27,436 bases of DNA, taken from NCBI GenBank assembly GCA_031425655.1, contig JANPJS010000189.1, positions 1 through 27,436 of the forward strand. Direction: 5' to 3'. The notes under the pieces are model-generated. The model saw only the letters and a program-made list of their open reading frames with translations, made no database searches and was not told the DNA's origin. Source of the stretch: Abditibacteriaceae bacterium. Its GTDB lineage: Bacteria; Armatimonadota; Abditibacteriia; Abditibacteriales; Abditibacteriaceae. Positions 27,017 through 27,436 of the stretch are shown here, in pieces. Positions within the stretch are counted from its first letter, which is position 1; each line of letters begins with the position of its first letter. The translations under genes and the position numbers were made by a program.

Positions 27017-27205
27017 AGTCGCGTTTTGAAGCGCATCGTTGGCCGCTGTTTTTCGGAAAATTTTCGGCCAACGCTTGGTTGCTACGGCTCACGCTCCTGA
27101 AACTATTCTGGGACGGCATTTCAAAAGTTACTAAGATTGGCCCGACAAGTCATTGGAAGTCATGTCACGCAGTGGAGTGTGTTAGGCAGGCAAATTCAAG
27201 AAGCG

Positions 27206-27323
27206 CTGTCATTCTGAGTCCTGCCCAGAGGGCACCCGGAAGAATCTATTTTGCGATCCGCTTGGTAAGAGCAATGGAGGCGCAAAATAGATTCTTCCGG
27301 GTGCCCTTGTATGGTTGAGAATG
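27206..27323. repeat. REP-like palindromic element
   Basis: Perfect 27-bp inverted repeat 27229-27255/27281-27307 with a 25-nt loop, and weaker outer arms (gtcattct / agaatgtc). Confidence 0.8.
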
Positions 27324-27436
27324 TCGGTGGTGAGGCGTAAGCTGAGGATAAAGTCTGGGTGCCCTTGCTGCGGTCTTGGCCTTTTCAAAACTGACAGCCT
27401 CCCAGAGATCACTTGTTCCACTGGTCTCACCACCGA
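27324..27436. repeat. Possible further small inverted-repeat element, reaching the window edge
   Basis: tcggtggtgag (27324-27334) is the perfect reverse complement of ctcaccaccga (27426-27436). The interior carries gggtgcccttg (27357-27367), identical to 27299-27309. Confidence 0.45.

Noticed and set aside
27079..27433. Short ORFs 27079-27318 (+) and 27209-27433 (-)
   Set aside because: They share mirrored peptides (RAPGRIYFA, QNRFFRVP) simply because they cross the inverted repeat, so they are not credible genes.

Overview
GC-rich window from a diderm bacterium. The style resembles Abditibacteriota/Armatimonadota, but that is an unverified impression. In order it contains: (1) a nested palindromic REP-like element and a GNAT acetyltransferase; (2) two abutting TA-flanked MITEs next to a truncated YdjM-type hydrolase remnant; (3) a NarL-type response regulator and CHASE3 histidine kinase, followed by a tightly coupled operon of a REC + DUF1611-like P-loop fusion, a small secreted LTxxQ-like protein, an M36/M4-like zinc peptidase + CapA metallophosphatase fusion, an ABC exporter and a porin; (4) a large YVTN beta-propeller surface protein; (5) an IS630-family element whose transposase carries three short tandem duplications; (6) a minus-strand P450 - O-methyltransferase - NDP-sugar epimerase operon; (7) a minus-strand CHASE2 adenylate cyclase - FecR/TPR/beta-barrel - Calx-beta cluster. 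Intergenic DNA holds several families of small palindromic elements that share terminal motifs and a 19-bp module. No rRNA, tRNA or CRISPR array was seen. The best candidate for an undescribed system is the operon with two unusual fusion proteins (3920-11457). All family assignments come from motif recognition, not database searches.
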